Below, piece by piece: positions 19,226 through 28,084 of a stretch of 64,000 nucleotides of DNA (its first letter is position 1; each line of letters begins with the position of its first letter). The notes under the pieces are model-generated. The model searched no databases. It saw only the letters and a list, made by a program, of their open reading frames with translations, and was not told the origin of the DNA. A program made the position numbers and the translations under genes. The stretch is from Bacilli bacterium (GTDB lineage: Bacteria > Bacillota_I > Bacilli_A > RFN20 > CAG-826): contig DAOSDC010000007.1 in the NCBI GenBank assembly GCA_035361955.1, forward strand, positions 12,682 through 76,681, read 5' to 3'.

Positions 19226-20342
19226 ATGATTATCGGCGTCCCAAAAGAGATTAAGAAACATGAATACCGGATTGGACTCATTCCCAAACATGCGAAAAGC
19301 TATGTCGAGGCAGGACATCAAGTTTTCATCCAAGCGGGGGGCCGGCACCGGCGCCGGATTCACTGATCAAGAATATTTAGCGGTTGGCTGCAAATTGCTA
19401 CCGACGATTGAAGACATTTATCAAATCGCCGACATGATCATTAAGGTCAAAGAACCGTTACCTCCTGAATACGACCTAATGCAGGAAGGTCAAATCATTT
19501 TTACATACTTACATCTGGCCGCCAGTAAGGAGTTGACCGAAGCGATGTTGCGTCGCAAAGTCGTGGGTGTCGCTTATGAAACGATTACCGACGAACTCGG
19601 CAAACTGTCTTGCCTGAAACCGATGTCGGAAGTGGCCGGGCGCTTGTCGGTCCAAGAAGGAGCCAAATATCTTGAAAAAGAGTTTGGCGGTCGCGGCGTT
19701 TTACTCGGTGGCACGGAAACGGTCAAGCCGGCAACGGTGGTCATCATTGGCGCCGGTGGCGTCAGCGGACGTAACGCCTTGACGATTGCCCTAGGCATGC
19801 AAGCGCGCGTTATCGCCATCGACACGAATACCAAATATTTAGAAACCTTAGTGCCTCAATTCGGTGAACGGCTCAAAGTCGTCGCTAGCAGCGAAGCCAA
19901 CATCTTAGCGGCAATCAAAGAAGCCGACTTAATCATCTCCGGTGTTTTGATCACCGGTGCCGCCGCACCGAAAATCATTCGGCGCGAGCACTTACAACTC
20001 ATGAAACCCGGTGCCGTGTTCGTCGACATCGCCATCGATCAAGGCGGTAGCGCCGAAACCAGCCGGCTGACCTATCACGATGATCCGGTTTATGCCGTCG
20101 ACGGCATCATCCATTATTGCGTTGGCAACATGCCTGGTGCCGTTCCGCGCACCTCAGCCGAAGCACTCGGAAACGCCACATTGCCGTTTGGTTTGGAGTT
20201 GGCGAGCAAGACGCTTCACGAAGCATTTAAAAATCATCATTTGCTCGATGGGCTCAACGTTTATTTAGGACAGATGACGCTAGCGCCAGTCGCCGCTCAG
20301 TTTGGGATTCCTTACGTTAACGCATATGAAATCTTTAAATAA
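19226..20342 (+). pseudogene. ald: Alanine dehydrogenase interrupted by a +1 frameshift in a G6 run (19336-19341)
   Basis: ATG 19226, 7 nt after AAAGGAG, encodes MIIGVPKEIKKHEYRIGLIPKHAKSYVEAGHQVFIQAG and then hits TGA at 19364-19366. The remainder (AGTGAGFTDQEY...VVIIGAGGVSG...) is in the +1 frame and runs to 20342. Deleting one G restores a continuous protein of about 371 aa. Confidence 0.8.
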
Positions 20343-20384
20343 ATTTATTTAAAGTGCTATTATAATAACTACCTATGGAAGTCT

Positions 20385-20459
20385 TGCCGAGTCGACAAGT
20401 GGTAAGTCAATTGGCTCTGAACCAATCATGCAAAGGTTCGAATCCTTTCTCGGCAGCCA
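20385..20459 (+). tRNA. tRNA-Gln (anticodon CUG)
   Basis: Hand-folded cloverleaf. Acceptor TGCCGAG/CTCGGCA with U1-A72. D arm GAC-AAGTGGTAA-GTC. Anticodon arm ATTGG-CTCTGAA-CCAAT. T arm AAAGG-TTCGAAT-CCTTT. Encoded GCCA end. 75 nt in total. Confidence 0.9.
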
Positions 20460-20472
20460 CTGGAAGTTAAAG

Positions 20473-20492
20473 GGGCGGCAACGTCCTTTTTT
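20473..20492 (+). terminator. Probable rho-independent terminator after tRNA-Gln
   Basis: GGGCG-gcaa-CGTCC (one G-U pair, GNRA loop) followed by TTTTTT. Confidence 0.5.
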
Positions 20493-20524
20493 ATCAAATA
20501 AAGTTTGAAAGGAATCATTCACTG

Positions 20525-21736
20525 ATGAATACTCCACTAGACATGTTCGTCGCCGCCGAGTTAAAGCGACAAAACGAGGGCTTGGAATTAATCGCCTCGG
20601 AAAATTTCACGAGCAAAAAGATTCGCGAATTATGCGGATCGGTACTGACAAATAAATATGCCGAAGGGTTTCCTGGCAAACGTTATTACGGCGGTTGTCA
20701 CATCGTTGATCAAGTTGAAAATTTGGCAATCGAAAAAGCTTGTGAATTGTTCGGGTGCCGCTATGCCAACGTCCAACCGCATTCTGGCAGTTCCGCCAAC
20801 ATGATCGCATATGCCGCCGTTTTAAAGCCAGGTGACAAAATCATGACGTTAGCGCTTGATGAAGGCGGTCATTTAACCCATGGCTCACCCGTCAGTTTTA
20901 GCGGCAAATATTACAAGGTCGTTCACTATCGGCTTGGAAAAGATGGACGCATTGATTATGAAGCGATGCGCAAGTTGGCCCTAGAAGAAAAACCGCAACT
21001 CATATTAGCCGGTTTCTCAGCCTATCCTTACACGATTGATTTTTCAAAGTTTGGTAGCGTCGCTAGAGAAATCGGAGCCATTTTCATGGTTGACATCGCC
21101 CATATTTCCGGACTAGTGGCCACCGGGGCCCATCCTTCGCCCTTTCCCGATGCCGACATCGTTACCTCGACGACCCACAAAACAATTCGCGGACCGCGTG
21201 GTGGACTCATATTGACCAATCGCGAAGATATTTTCAAAAAAGTCAATAGCGCCACCTTCCCAGGCATGCAAGGCGGCCCCTTGATGCATATCATCGCCGC
21301 CAAGGCGCAATGCTTCATCGAAGCACTTGAACCATCGTTCAAACAATACATCGATCAAGTGTTAATCAATACCAAAGCATGCGCCCAGGAAATGATTAAG
21401 CTTGGAGCTAGCGTCAGCGACACCGACACCCATTTATTTCTCGTCGATACGAAAGCCTCGTTCGATATGACCGGACTTGACGCGCAACAAAAAGTTGAAG
21501 AAATCGGAATCACCATCAATAAGAATATGATTCCTGGCGACAAGGAAAAACCTTCAGTAACTTCCGGCGTTCGCATTGGGTTGGCCGCGACAACCACACG
21601 TGGCCTTACCGAAGATGGCGCACGATTACTCAGCCGGTTGATTTTTAACTATCTATCGGGCAAAATCGACACCGAAACCGCCCATCAAGAGACAAAGAAA
21701 CTAGTTGCTATGCTAAAACCGGTCGATCAGTTGTAA
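20525..21736 (+). CDS. glyA: Serine hydroxymethyltransferase
   Basis: LELIASENFTS, YAEGFPGKRYYGG and TSTTHKTIRGPRGG (PLP lysine). Confidence 0.96.
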   Translation: MNTPLDMFVAAELKRQNEGLELIASENFTSKKIRELCGSVLTNKYAEGFPGKRYYGGCHIVDQVENLAIEKACELFGCRYANVQPHSGSSANMIAYAAVLKPGDKIMTLALDEGGHLTHGSPVSFSGKYYKVVHYRLGKDGRIDYEAMRKLALEEKPQLILAGFSAYPYTIDFSKFGSVAREIGAIFMVDIAHISGLVATGAHPSPFPDADIVTSTTHKTIRGPRGGLILTNREDIFKKVNSATFPGMQGGPLMHIIAAKAQCFIEALEPSFKQYIDQVLINTKACAQEMIKLGASVSDTDTHLFLVDTKASFDMTGLDAQQKVEEIGITINKNMIPGDKEKPSVTSGVRIGLAATTTRGLTEDGARLLSRLIFNYLSGKIDTETAHQETKKLVAMLKPVDQL

Positions 21737-21742
21737 AATAAT

Positions 21743-23620
21743 ATGAATACAAGCGCCGAAAAAATGAAAAACAACTTTAAACAAAAACAAGCGATCCTAC
21801 ATGTTGCGGTTGATTTTTTGGTGCTTGGTGCGCTGTTAGCGCTCGTGTTTACCGATAGCATACAAGGAAGCGAAATCAGTGTTTTCGTGGCGACGCTCCT
21901 TTTCTATATCGGTTTTGGAGTAAGCAAACTCTTCCTGTTTGCCCTATCAGGTATTTATCGGATCATCACCAATCATTTCAGCATCGTCGATGCCATCAAA
22001 GTCGGCGTGATGTCGATGTCGGTGACCTTTGCCGCTTATTTGCTGATGATTTTCATCCCCAACGTTCGCCAATGGACGTTCATGAATTTTGTGACGTTGG
22101 CATTCGCCGAATCGTTTGTGCTAATCTCGGTGCGCTTTGCCAAAAGAATGCTCCACATGTATTTGGTCAAAAAAGACCGCATTCCAGGTGAGAAGCCGAC
22201 GATTATCATCGGCGCTGGACTCGGCGGGAAAATGATCATCGATGAAATACGTAATAATCAAAAGATGATTAATGACGTCGTCGCCATCGTCGATGATGAT
22301 CCTTCGAAAATCGGAAGTTCATTTTCTGGCGTCAAGGTATACGGTCCGATTAGTCGCATTAACGACATCATCAACCAATTCCAGGCGAGCGAAGTCATCG
22401 TCGCCATTGCCAATTTGGAAAAGAATCGTCTATTCGAAATTCTTTCTTATATGGACACGGCCAACGTCAAAATCAAACGTTTACCGCTGATTGCCGACTT
22501 ATCACTCGATCACAAGGTTGAGTTGCTTGAAGTCGATATTCACGAGCTGCTTGGCCGCGATGTAATCCCGCTTGAAAACGATCAAATTCGCGCATTCATT
22601 GAAAACAAAACGGTGCTCATCACGGGCGCAGGCGGATCAATCGGATCGGAACTCTCGCGGCAAATCCATAAATACCAGCCAAAACGTCTTGTGCTATTCG
22701 ATATCTATGAAAACGGCGTATATGATTTGCAACAAGAATTCAATCGCGCTTGTCATCGTTCGCAAACTAACGGCGTTACCATCGACGTCATCATTGGGTC
22801 GACCTACAACATCGAGCGCATGGAGCAAGTGTTTACCACGTATAAGCCAGAACTTGTCTTCCACGCCGCGGCGTATAAGCATGTACCGCTGATGGAAGAT
22901 AGTCCCCAGGAAGCGATTCGCACGAATATCATCGGCACTTATAATGTCGCCTATATGGCCCAAAAGCACGAAGCTCAGAAAATGGTCCTCGTTTCCACCG
23001 ATAAAGCCGTGCGACCGACCAACGTCATGGGAGCGACCAAAGCTTTCGCTGAAATGATCATGCAACACTTCGCCTCCAATGGTGCGAAAACATCGTTTTC
23101 CGCGGTACGATTTGGCAATGTACTCGGCAGTAACGGTTCCGTGATTCCCGTGTTTAAAAAACAAATCGAATCGGGCGGTCCCTTGACGGTCACCGACCCA
23201 CGCATCACGCGTTATTTCATGACGATTCCCGAAGCCGTCGGTCTCATTTTACAATCGGGGGCTTACGCAAAGGGTGGCGAAATATTCGTCCTCGACATGG
23301 GAAAACCAATCAAAATCATGGAATTGGCCGAGAAAATGATTCGGCAAGCCGGATTTATCCCCCACAAAGATATCAAGATTGAAATCATCGGATTGCGACC
23401 GGGTGAAAAGCTTTATGAAGAGTTACTAATTGACACCACGACGCAAATCAAAACCCCGAACGAGAAAATATTCATCGATACGAAACGAGAGATTTCGTTC
23501 GAGCAAACGACCTACGAATGGATGATGACGCATCTTTGCGAAAATCACGAACCATTAGTCGATAAATTGTTCCAATCAATCAACATTAAGCGTGACAAAT
23601 CACAGAAAAACATAGACTAG
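21743..23620 (+). CDS. Polysaccharide biosynthesis protein CapD/PglF/WbpM type (membrane-anchored nucleotide-sugar 4,6-dehydratase)
   Basis: Four N-terminal TM helices and a linker Rossmann region. Catalytic SDR domain with VLITGAGGSIGSEL and GATKAFAEMI. Confidence 0.85.
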   Translation: MNTSAEKMKNNFKQKQAILHVAVDFLVLGALLALVFTDSIQGSEISVFVATLLFYIGFGVSKLFLFALSGIYRIITNHFSIVDAIKVGVMSMSVTFAAYLLMIFIPNVRQWTFMNFVTLAFAESFVLISVRFAKRMLHMYLVKKDRIPGEKPTIIIGAGLGGKMIIDEIRNNQKMINDVVAIVDDDPSKIGSSFSGVKVYGPISRINDIINQFQASEVIVAIANLEKNRLFEILSYMDTANVKIKRLPLIADLSLDHKVELLEVDIHELLGRDVIPLENDQIRAFIENKTVLITGAGGSIGSELSRQIHKYQPKRLVLFDIYENGVYDLQQEFNRACHRSQTNGVTIDVIIGSTYNIERMEQVFTTYKPELVFHAAAYKHVPLMEDSPQEAIRTNIIGTYNVAYMAQKHEAQKMVLVSTDKAVRPTNVMGATKAFAEMIMQHFASNGAKTSFSAVRFGNVLGSNGSVIPVFKKQIESGGPLTVTDPRITRYFMTIPEAVGLILQSGAYAKGGEIFVLDMGKPIKIMELAEKMIRQAGFIPHKDIKIEIIGLRPGEKLYEELLIDTTTQIKTPNEKIFIDTKREISFEQTTYEWMMTHLCENHEPLVDKLFQSINIKRDKSQKNID

Positions 23621-23666
23621 CATTAAGAATATAAGTTATTTTAAATATAGTTTATTTAAAGAAGGT

Positions 23667-25070
23667 ATGGCCATGAACAGAAAAATCGAAGAAAACGCCA
23701 GTTCCATCAGTCTGTATGATTTATGGATGATGGTGCGACGCAACATTTATTCCATCATATATTTCACTGTGCTCGGTTTGGTGCTCGGTTTAGTTTACAC
23801 TAACATGATCGTGACTCCCGAATACACAGCGACCGCATATGTGACCCCGCAACGACCAAGTGCCGCCGCGGTGCCCTCCCAAACGCTGACGACGATTACG
23901 ACCGACATTAAATCGAATGCCGTGCTACAAGTGGCAGTGACGCTACTTGATGACGATGATGTTACTCATGCTAACGGAAACCCGATTACGCTAGCGGAAA
24001 TCGCCGCGGGGCTAACGACCAGCTCGACGACGACTTCCTATCGCATCACGATTAGTTACGTGAGCATGGAACAAGATATTGCCGTCCCCATCGTCAATTC
24101 GGTGATTGAAGCTTCTAACGACGTGTTTACGAACGAACCGTACTCAACCGGATTATTGTCCGGGTATTCATTCATTTTGGCTGAAGCAACAAGTGCCGCC
24201 TACACCGGACCATCGACAACACTATATTTGGCCATCTTCGTGATTTTGGGTGGCGTGGTTGGTACGGGCTTAGGTATTTTCACCGACATTGTCGAAGATC
24301 GCATCCACTATACCGGCGAAATCAATGCGTTGGGCGTCAACGCCTTTGACGTATCGTTTAAAGACAAAAAGAAGAAGCGTCCGCAACGAAAGGATTCGAG
24401 CACTTTGACGTTACAAGATCTAGATATCGTCGACCCTTCAGAAATAAACGATCCGTATTACCGCGATGTATTAAAACTTCAAAACGACATTGAAAATTTT
24501 ACCCCCGACAAACAAGTTAAAACCATCGGGATCACATCCCCGAAAGAATATGTTTCGAAAGCATCGCTTATTGCTTCACTCGCGCAAGTTTATGCCAAAG
24601 AGCACCAACGCGTGCTCGTGCTGGATTTCGATTTTGAGCATCCGTTTATGCATGAGGTATTCAACGTGTCGAATACAAAAAACATCGTTGGATATTATCT
24701 TAGTTACAAAGGTGTCGAAGAGTTTAGCGAACGCATCAATCACTATTTATACGTGATGCCCTCGATTCATAGTGCCATCGGCTCGAAAATCATCAAATCC
24801 GATCGCGTCAAGAAATTGATCGAAGAAGCCCGCGAGGACTTTGACTACATTTTAATTAACTGCCCGCCGACATTGACCGATATGACGATTCTTGCCTGCG
24901 CCACTTTGCTCGATGGTGTCTTAATCGCCGGTAAATTCCAAACGACGCGTAAAAAAGATTTCGTGAAAACGGCCATCGTCGTTAATAACGCCGACATGCA
25001 TTTAATCGGGGGCGCCTTTTTAAGCGCTAAAAGCGACCGCAAAGGATTGCTTAATCTTTTCTCCAAATAG
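23667..25070 (+). CDS. Fused Wzz-type chain-length-determinant / BY-kinase-like P-loop protein with degenerate Walker motifs
   Basis: N-terminal TM, periplasmic-type Wzz region and second TM (LYLAIFVILGGVVGTGLGIF). Then a CpsD/CapB-like domain: ITSPKEYVSKAS in place of ITSxxPGEGKST, VLVLDFDFEHP (Walker A'), and FDYILINCPP (Walker B with Asn for Asp). The alternative start ATG 23673 has better SD spacing. Confidence 0.75.
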   Translation: MAMNRKIEENASSISLYDLWMMVRRNIYSIIYFTVLGLVLGLVYTNMIVTPEYTATAYVTPQRPSAAAVPSQTLTTITTDIKSNAVLQVAVTLLDDDDVTHANGNPITLAEIAAGLTTSSTTTSYRITISYVSMEQDIAVPIVNSVIEASNDVFTNEPYSTGLLSGYSFILAEATSAAYTGPSTTLYLAIFVILGGVVGTGLGIFTDIVEDRIHYTGEINALGVNAFDVSFKDKKKKRPQRKDSSTLTLQDLDIVDPSEINDPYYRDVLKLQNDIENFTPDKQVKTIGITSPKEYVSKASLIASLAQVYAKEHQRVLVLDFDFEHPFMHEVFNVSNTKNIVGYYLSYKGVEEFSERINHYLYVMPSIHSAIGSKIIKSDRVKKLIEEAREDFDYILINCPPTLTDMTILACATLLDGVLIAGKFQTTRKKDFVKTAIVVNNADMHLIGGAFLSAKSDRKGLLNLFSK

Positions 25071-26172
25071 TTTGATTGATAAATGCGACTTTATCTTTGA
25101 TGATGCGCACGACACGCGCGGAGACATCATCAATCGTGTAATGATAAGGAATCCGGTAAGCACCGGGTTCTTTTTTTTGCATCGCTTCAATCGCCGATAA
25201 AATACCATCGGGATCAATCCCACTTTGCAAAATCGTGCCGGCGTCAATCGCTTCGGGACGTTCGGTCGACGTGCGCATCAAAATGGCGCGGAAACGGAGC
25301 ATCGCCGATTCTTCCGATACGGTGCCGCTATCGGAAATGACGATGAAAGCATCTTTTTGGAGCCGGCAGTAATCTGTGAATCCCAGTGGTTTGATTTGCT
25401 TGACAAGTGGGTGAAGAGCCACTTTCCCAGCTTGAAGTTTCTTATAAGTACGTGGATGGCAAGAGAAAACGATTGGAAGTTGGTATTTTTCCACGACCCT
25501 ATTAATCGAAGCGGCAATTGAAGCGAAATGTTTCGGATGATCGACGTTTTCTTCACGGTGCCATGATAAAACGATGTATTGTCCTTGATTGACCTCGAGT
25601 CGCTTTAAGATGTCCGAGGCGTTAATTTGACCCATATGGGCGTTTAAGACTTCAAGAATGGGTGACCCGGTAATTTCAATGTATTGGTCCTCAAGCCCTT
25701 CTTTGATCAGGTAGCGATAACTATAATCGGTGTAAGGTAGATTAAAGTCGGCGATATGGTCAACGATTTTGCGGTTAATCGTTTCCGGAACGTTCCAATC
25801 GCCACAGCGATTGCCGGCTTCCATGTGGAAAATCGGACATTTTAAGCGTTTGGCGCCGATGGCGGCCAAAGCAGAATTCGTGTCACCCAAAATCAAGACG
25901 GCGTCAGGTTTCAAGTCGCGAATAAGTTCATAGCTACGTTCGATTACTTTCCCGATTGTCGCACCTAAATGTTCGCCAGCGCAGTTAAGAAAATAGTCGG
26001 GTTGGCGCAGTCCCAAGTCATCGAAGAAAATTTGGTTTAGTTCGTAATCGTAGTTTTGTCCCGTATGCACGAGAATATGTTCAAAGGCGATGTCACACGC
26101 TTTGATGACTTCCGAGAGACGGATGATTTCCGGCCGTGTGCCGATGATGGTCATGACTTTCATTTTGTTCAT
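25051..26172 (-). CDS. wecB: UDP-N-acetylglucosamine 2-epimerase (non-hydrolysing)
   Basis: MKVMTIIGTRPEIIRLS, LGDTNSALA and ISDSGTVSEES. Start taken at ATG 26172 (AGGT SD 6 nt upstream) rather than the track's TTG at 26190. The 3' end overlaps the convergent gene by 20 nt. Confidence 0.9.
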   Translation of the reverse strand: MNKMKVMTIIGTRPEIIRLSEVIKACDIAFEHILVHTGQNYDYELNQIFFDDLGLRQPDYFLNCAGEHLGATIGKVIERSYELIRDLKPDAVLILGDTNSALAAIGAKRLKCPIFHMEAGNRCGDWNVPETINRKIVDHIADFNLPYTDYSYRYLIKEGLEDQYIEITGSPILEVLNAHMGQINASDILKRLEVNQGQYIVLSWHREENVDHPKHFASIAASINRVVEKYQLPIVFSCHPRTYKKLQAGKVALHPLVKQIKPLGFTDYCRLQKDAFIVISDSGTVSEESAMLRFRAILMRTSTERPEAIDAGTILQSGIDPDGILSAIEAMQKKEPGAYRIPYHYTIDDVSARVVRIIKDKVAFINQTIWRKD

Positions 26173-26211
26173 ATGTTTACCTGCTGTCAATGTATATTAT
26201 CGCACGGATGA

Positions 26212-27480
26212 TTAGATGCTGAATTTCCTTTTTAACACGAAGTAAGCGCCACCAGCGAAAATGATGATCGCCCCGAATAAGGCAACTTTACCGATTTCGC
26301 CCCAATCGAGGTTAAGTGAAGAAGCACTCGACGTCAAACCGGCATTTCCCGTTCGTGAAGCCAGGTAGTTATAACGGCCAATCGCATCGTTAAACGTATT
26401 GGTGACGAGGCGCCCAGTTTCGTTGATACCACTGATTTCGTGGTTTTTATTGTTTAGGAAATATTGCTTTGTTTCAGTGTGCATGTAATTGTACTCATCG
26501 CGCAAGCGATTGAAGGCTCCAAACGGATCACCCGCGGCATTCATGCCGATGCCATACATCACGTATTCGCCATAGGCTACGGCTTGCGTCTCGACGCTAA
26601 TTGTTGGTGTCGCTACGACATGGGAACCAAGTGAGTTGATGGAGGTACCAATCATCCAATCAAGCGCTGAAAAAGTCGTGGTGGGGCGGACAGTTTTTCC
26701 ATCTCTTTGAAGATGGAAATCATCAATCTCAAATGGCCCAGATTGCGTTATTCGCAAGGTCTCATCAATCGTCAAATCAATCAAGTCGAGTATTTTTGAA
26801 TTGACTTTGTCATATAGTTCGAAGCGGTCATAGGATGATAGATCAAGCGTTGGGTCATCGATGATAGTATTCTGATTTGATGACTCAATATCTTGATCAT
26901 CATTAACAATCACAAGCGTATCATTGGCTTTGACGATATCGGGCAAGGCCAATGTAGTCAGCGTCTCGCCTTGGTATAGCCGTAATTCATAGTCGCTATA
27001 ATTTATTTGGTTGCCACTGCCGTTATATATTTCGATGGCGTTCAATTCAGTTGGTGTCACCACGATTTCGGAGATGAACAATTGTTTGACTTGAGGCGGT
27101 AAAACGAGTGCACCCGAATTCGTGACATCGATGTCGAAAGACGCCAATTTATTTTGGTAATTGACGGTGATTGTCTGCTTGCCTAGCGTTAATTCATCGC
27201 CGCCTTCAAGCGTAAAACCGGATGTGAGTTCTTGGACAGTTTCGTCATCATAATGTGCAAGTATCGATAAACCATCAAAGCGCAAATCATCACCAAGCGA
27301 ATGAAGCGTGACATAGGGCAATGAATCGATTTGGATACTTGAAAGTTGCGCGTCAGCACGTAGCGGACCATCTTTAAAAGTAGATGTAGAAACAGTTTCG
27401 GTATTAACTGATAAATGGCCAAACGCCAGGCTCGCTATGAAGATGACAAGACCATGCGTCATGATATTAAATGGTTTCAT
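26212..27480 (-). CDS. Secreted, C-terminally membrane-anchored protein: Ig-like module, lamin-tail-domain (LTD)-like module, uncharacterised helical module (no catalytic domain)
   Basis: N-terminal signal/anchor MKPFNIMTHGLVIFIASLAFG. LTD-like LFISEIVVTPTELNAIEIYNGSGNQINYSDYEL. C-terminal TM plus basic tail VALFGAIIIFAGGAYFVLKRKFSI. Collinear similarity to the C-terminal half of the nuclease at 53225..55744. Confidence 0.65.
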   Translation of the reverse strand: MKPFNIMTHGLVIFIASLAFGHLSVNTETVSTSTFKDGPLRADAQLSSIQIDSLPYVTLHSLGDDLRFDGLSILAHYDDETVQELTSGFTLEGGDELTLGKQTITVNYQNKLASFDIDVTNSGALVLPPQVKQLFISEIVVTPTELNAIEIYNGSGNQINYSDYELRLYQGETLTTLALPDIVKANDTLVIVNDDQDIESSNQNTIIDDPTLDLSSYDRFELYDKVNSKILDLIDLTIDETLRITQSGPFEIDDFHLQRDGKTVRPTTTFSALDWMIGTSINSLGSHVVATPTISVETQAVAYGEYVMYGIGMNAAGDPFGAFNRLRDEYNYMHTETKQYFLNNKNHEISGINETGRLVTNTFNDAIGRYNYLASRTGNAGLTSSASSLNLDWGEIGKVALFGAIIIFAGGAYFVLKRKFSI

Positions 27481-27606
27481 GATTGAATAAATTATAACCG
27501 ATTGGCCTTTTAAATAAAATTTATAAATTTTATGATTTCCACCCGTTATTGCCTTTTAAATACTCTTTAAGTGACGATGCAAGTATAATAATAACAGGTA
27601 TTTTTT

Positions 27607-28083
27607 ATGGTCAAAGAAATGACGGGAACAAAACTTATCGCCAAAAATAGCCGTGCTCATTACGACTACTTTTTGTCGCAGTTTTTAGAAGTCGGCCTTG
27701 AGCTCACCGGCACCGAAATTAAGAGTATCCGCACACATGGAGCTAGTCTCGTCGATAGTCGCGTGATTGACCGCAACAACGAAATGTACGTCCTGAACAT
27801 GAACATTCCGATTTACGATAAAGGCACGATTTATAACCACGAACCAAAACGCACCCGTAAACTTTTGATGCATAAGCACGAGATCGTCAAATATCAGAAA
27901 GCCATGAAAGAAAAAGGCTTTACGATTGTACCTACGAAGTTATATTTTTCCAAAGGGCGTGCCAAACTTGAAATCGCGCTTGCCAAAGGCAAGAAGCTCT
28001 ACGATAAACGCGAAACGATTAAGCAGCGCGAAGACGAATTAAAAATCCAAAAGGCGATGAAAGACCATCGCGGTGTTGAATAG
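27607..28083 (+). CDS. smpB: SsrA-binding protein
   Basis: KLIAKNSRAHYDYFL, GLELTGTEIKSIR and KRTRKLLMHKHEI are canonical SmpB blocks. Confidence 0.96.
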   Translation: MVKEMTGTKLIAKNSRAHYDYFLSQFLEVGLELTGTEIKSIRTHGASLVDSRVIDRNNEMYVLNMNIPIYDKGTIYNHEPKRTRKLLMHKHEIVKYQKAMKEKGFTIVPTKLYFSKGRAKLEIALAKGKKLYDKRETIKQREDELKIQKAMKDHRGVE

Positions 28084-28084
28084 C

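Noticed and set aside
25171-25178. T8 (A8 on the coding strand) homopolymer inside wecB as a possible phase-variation tract.
   Set aside because: The reading frame is intact (…MQKKEPGAY…). A/T runs of this length are common at this base composition. Nothing suggests slippage, unlike the G6 tract in ald, where the frame is actually broken.
27516-27531. Perfect 16-bp palindrome AAAATTTATAAATTTT in the divergent region upstream of smpB.
   Set aside because: It is composed only of A and T in an AT-rich intergenic region. Such palindromes arise easily by chance, and no second copy or associated motif was seen.
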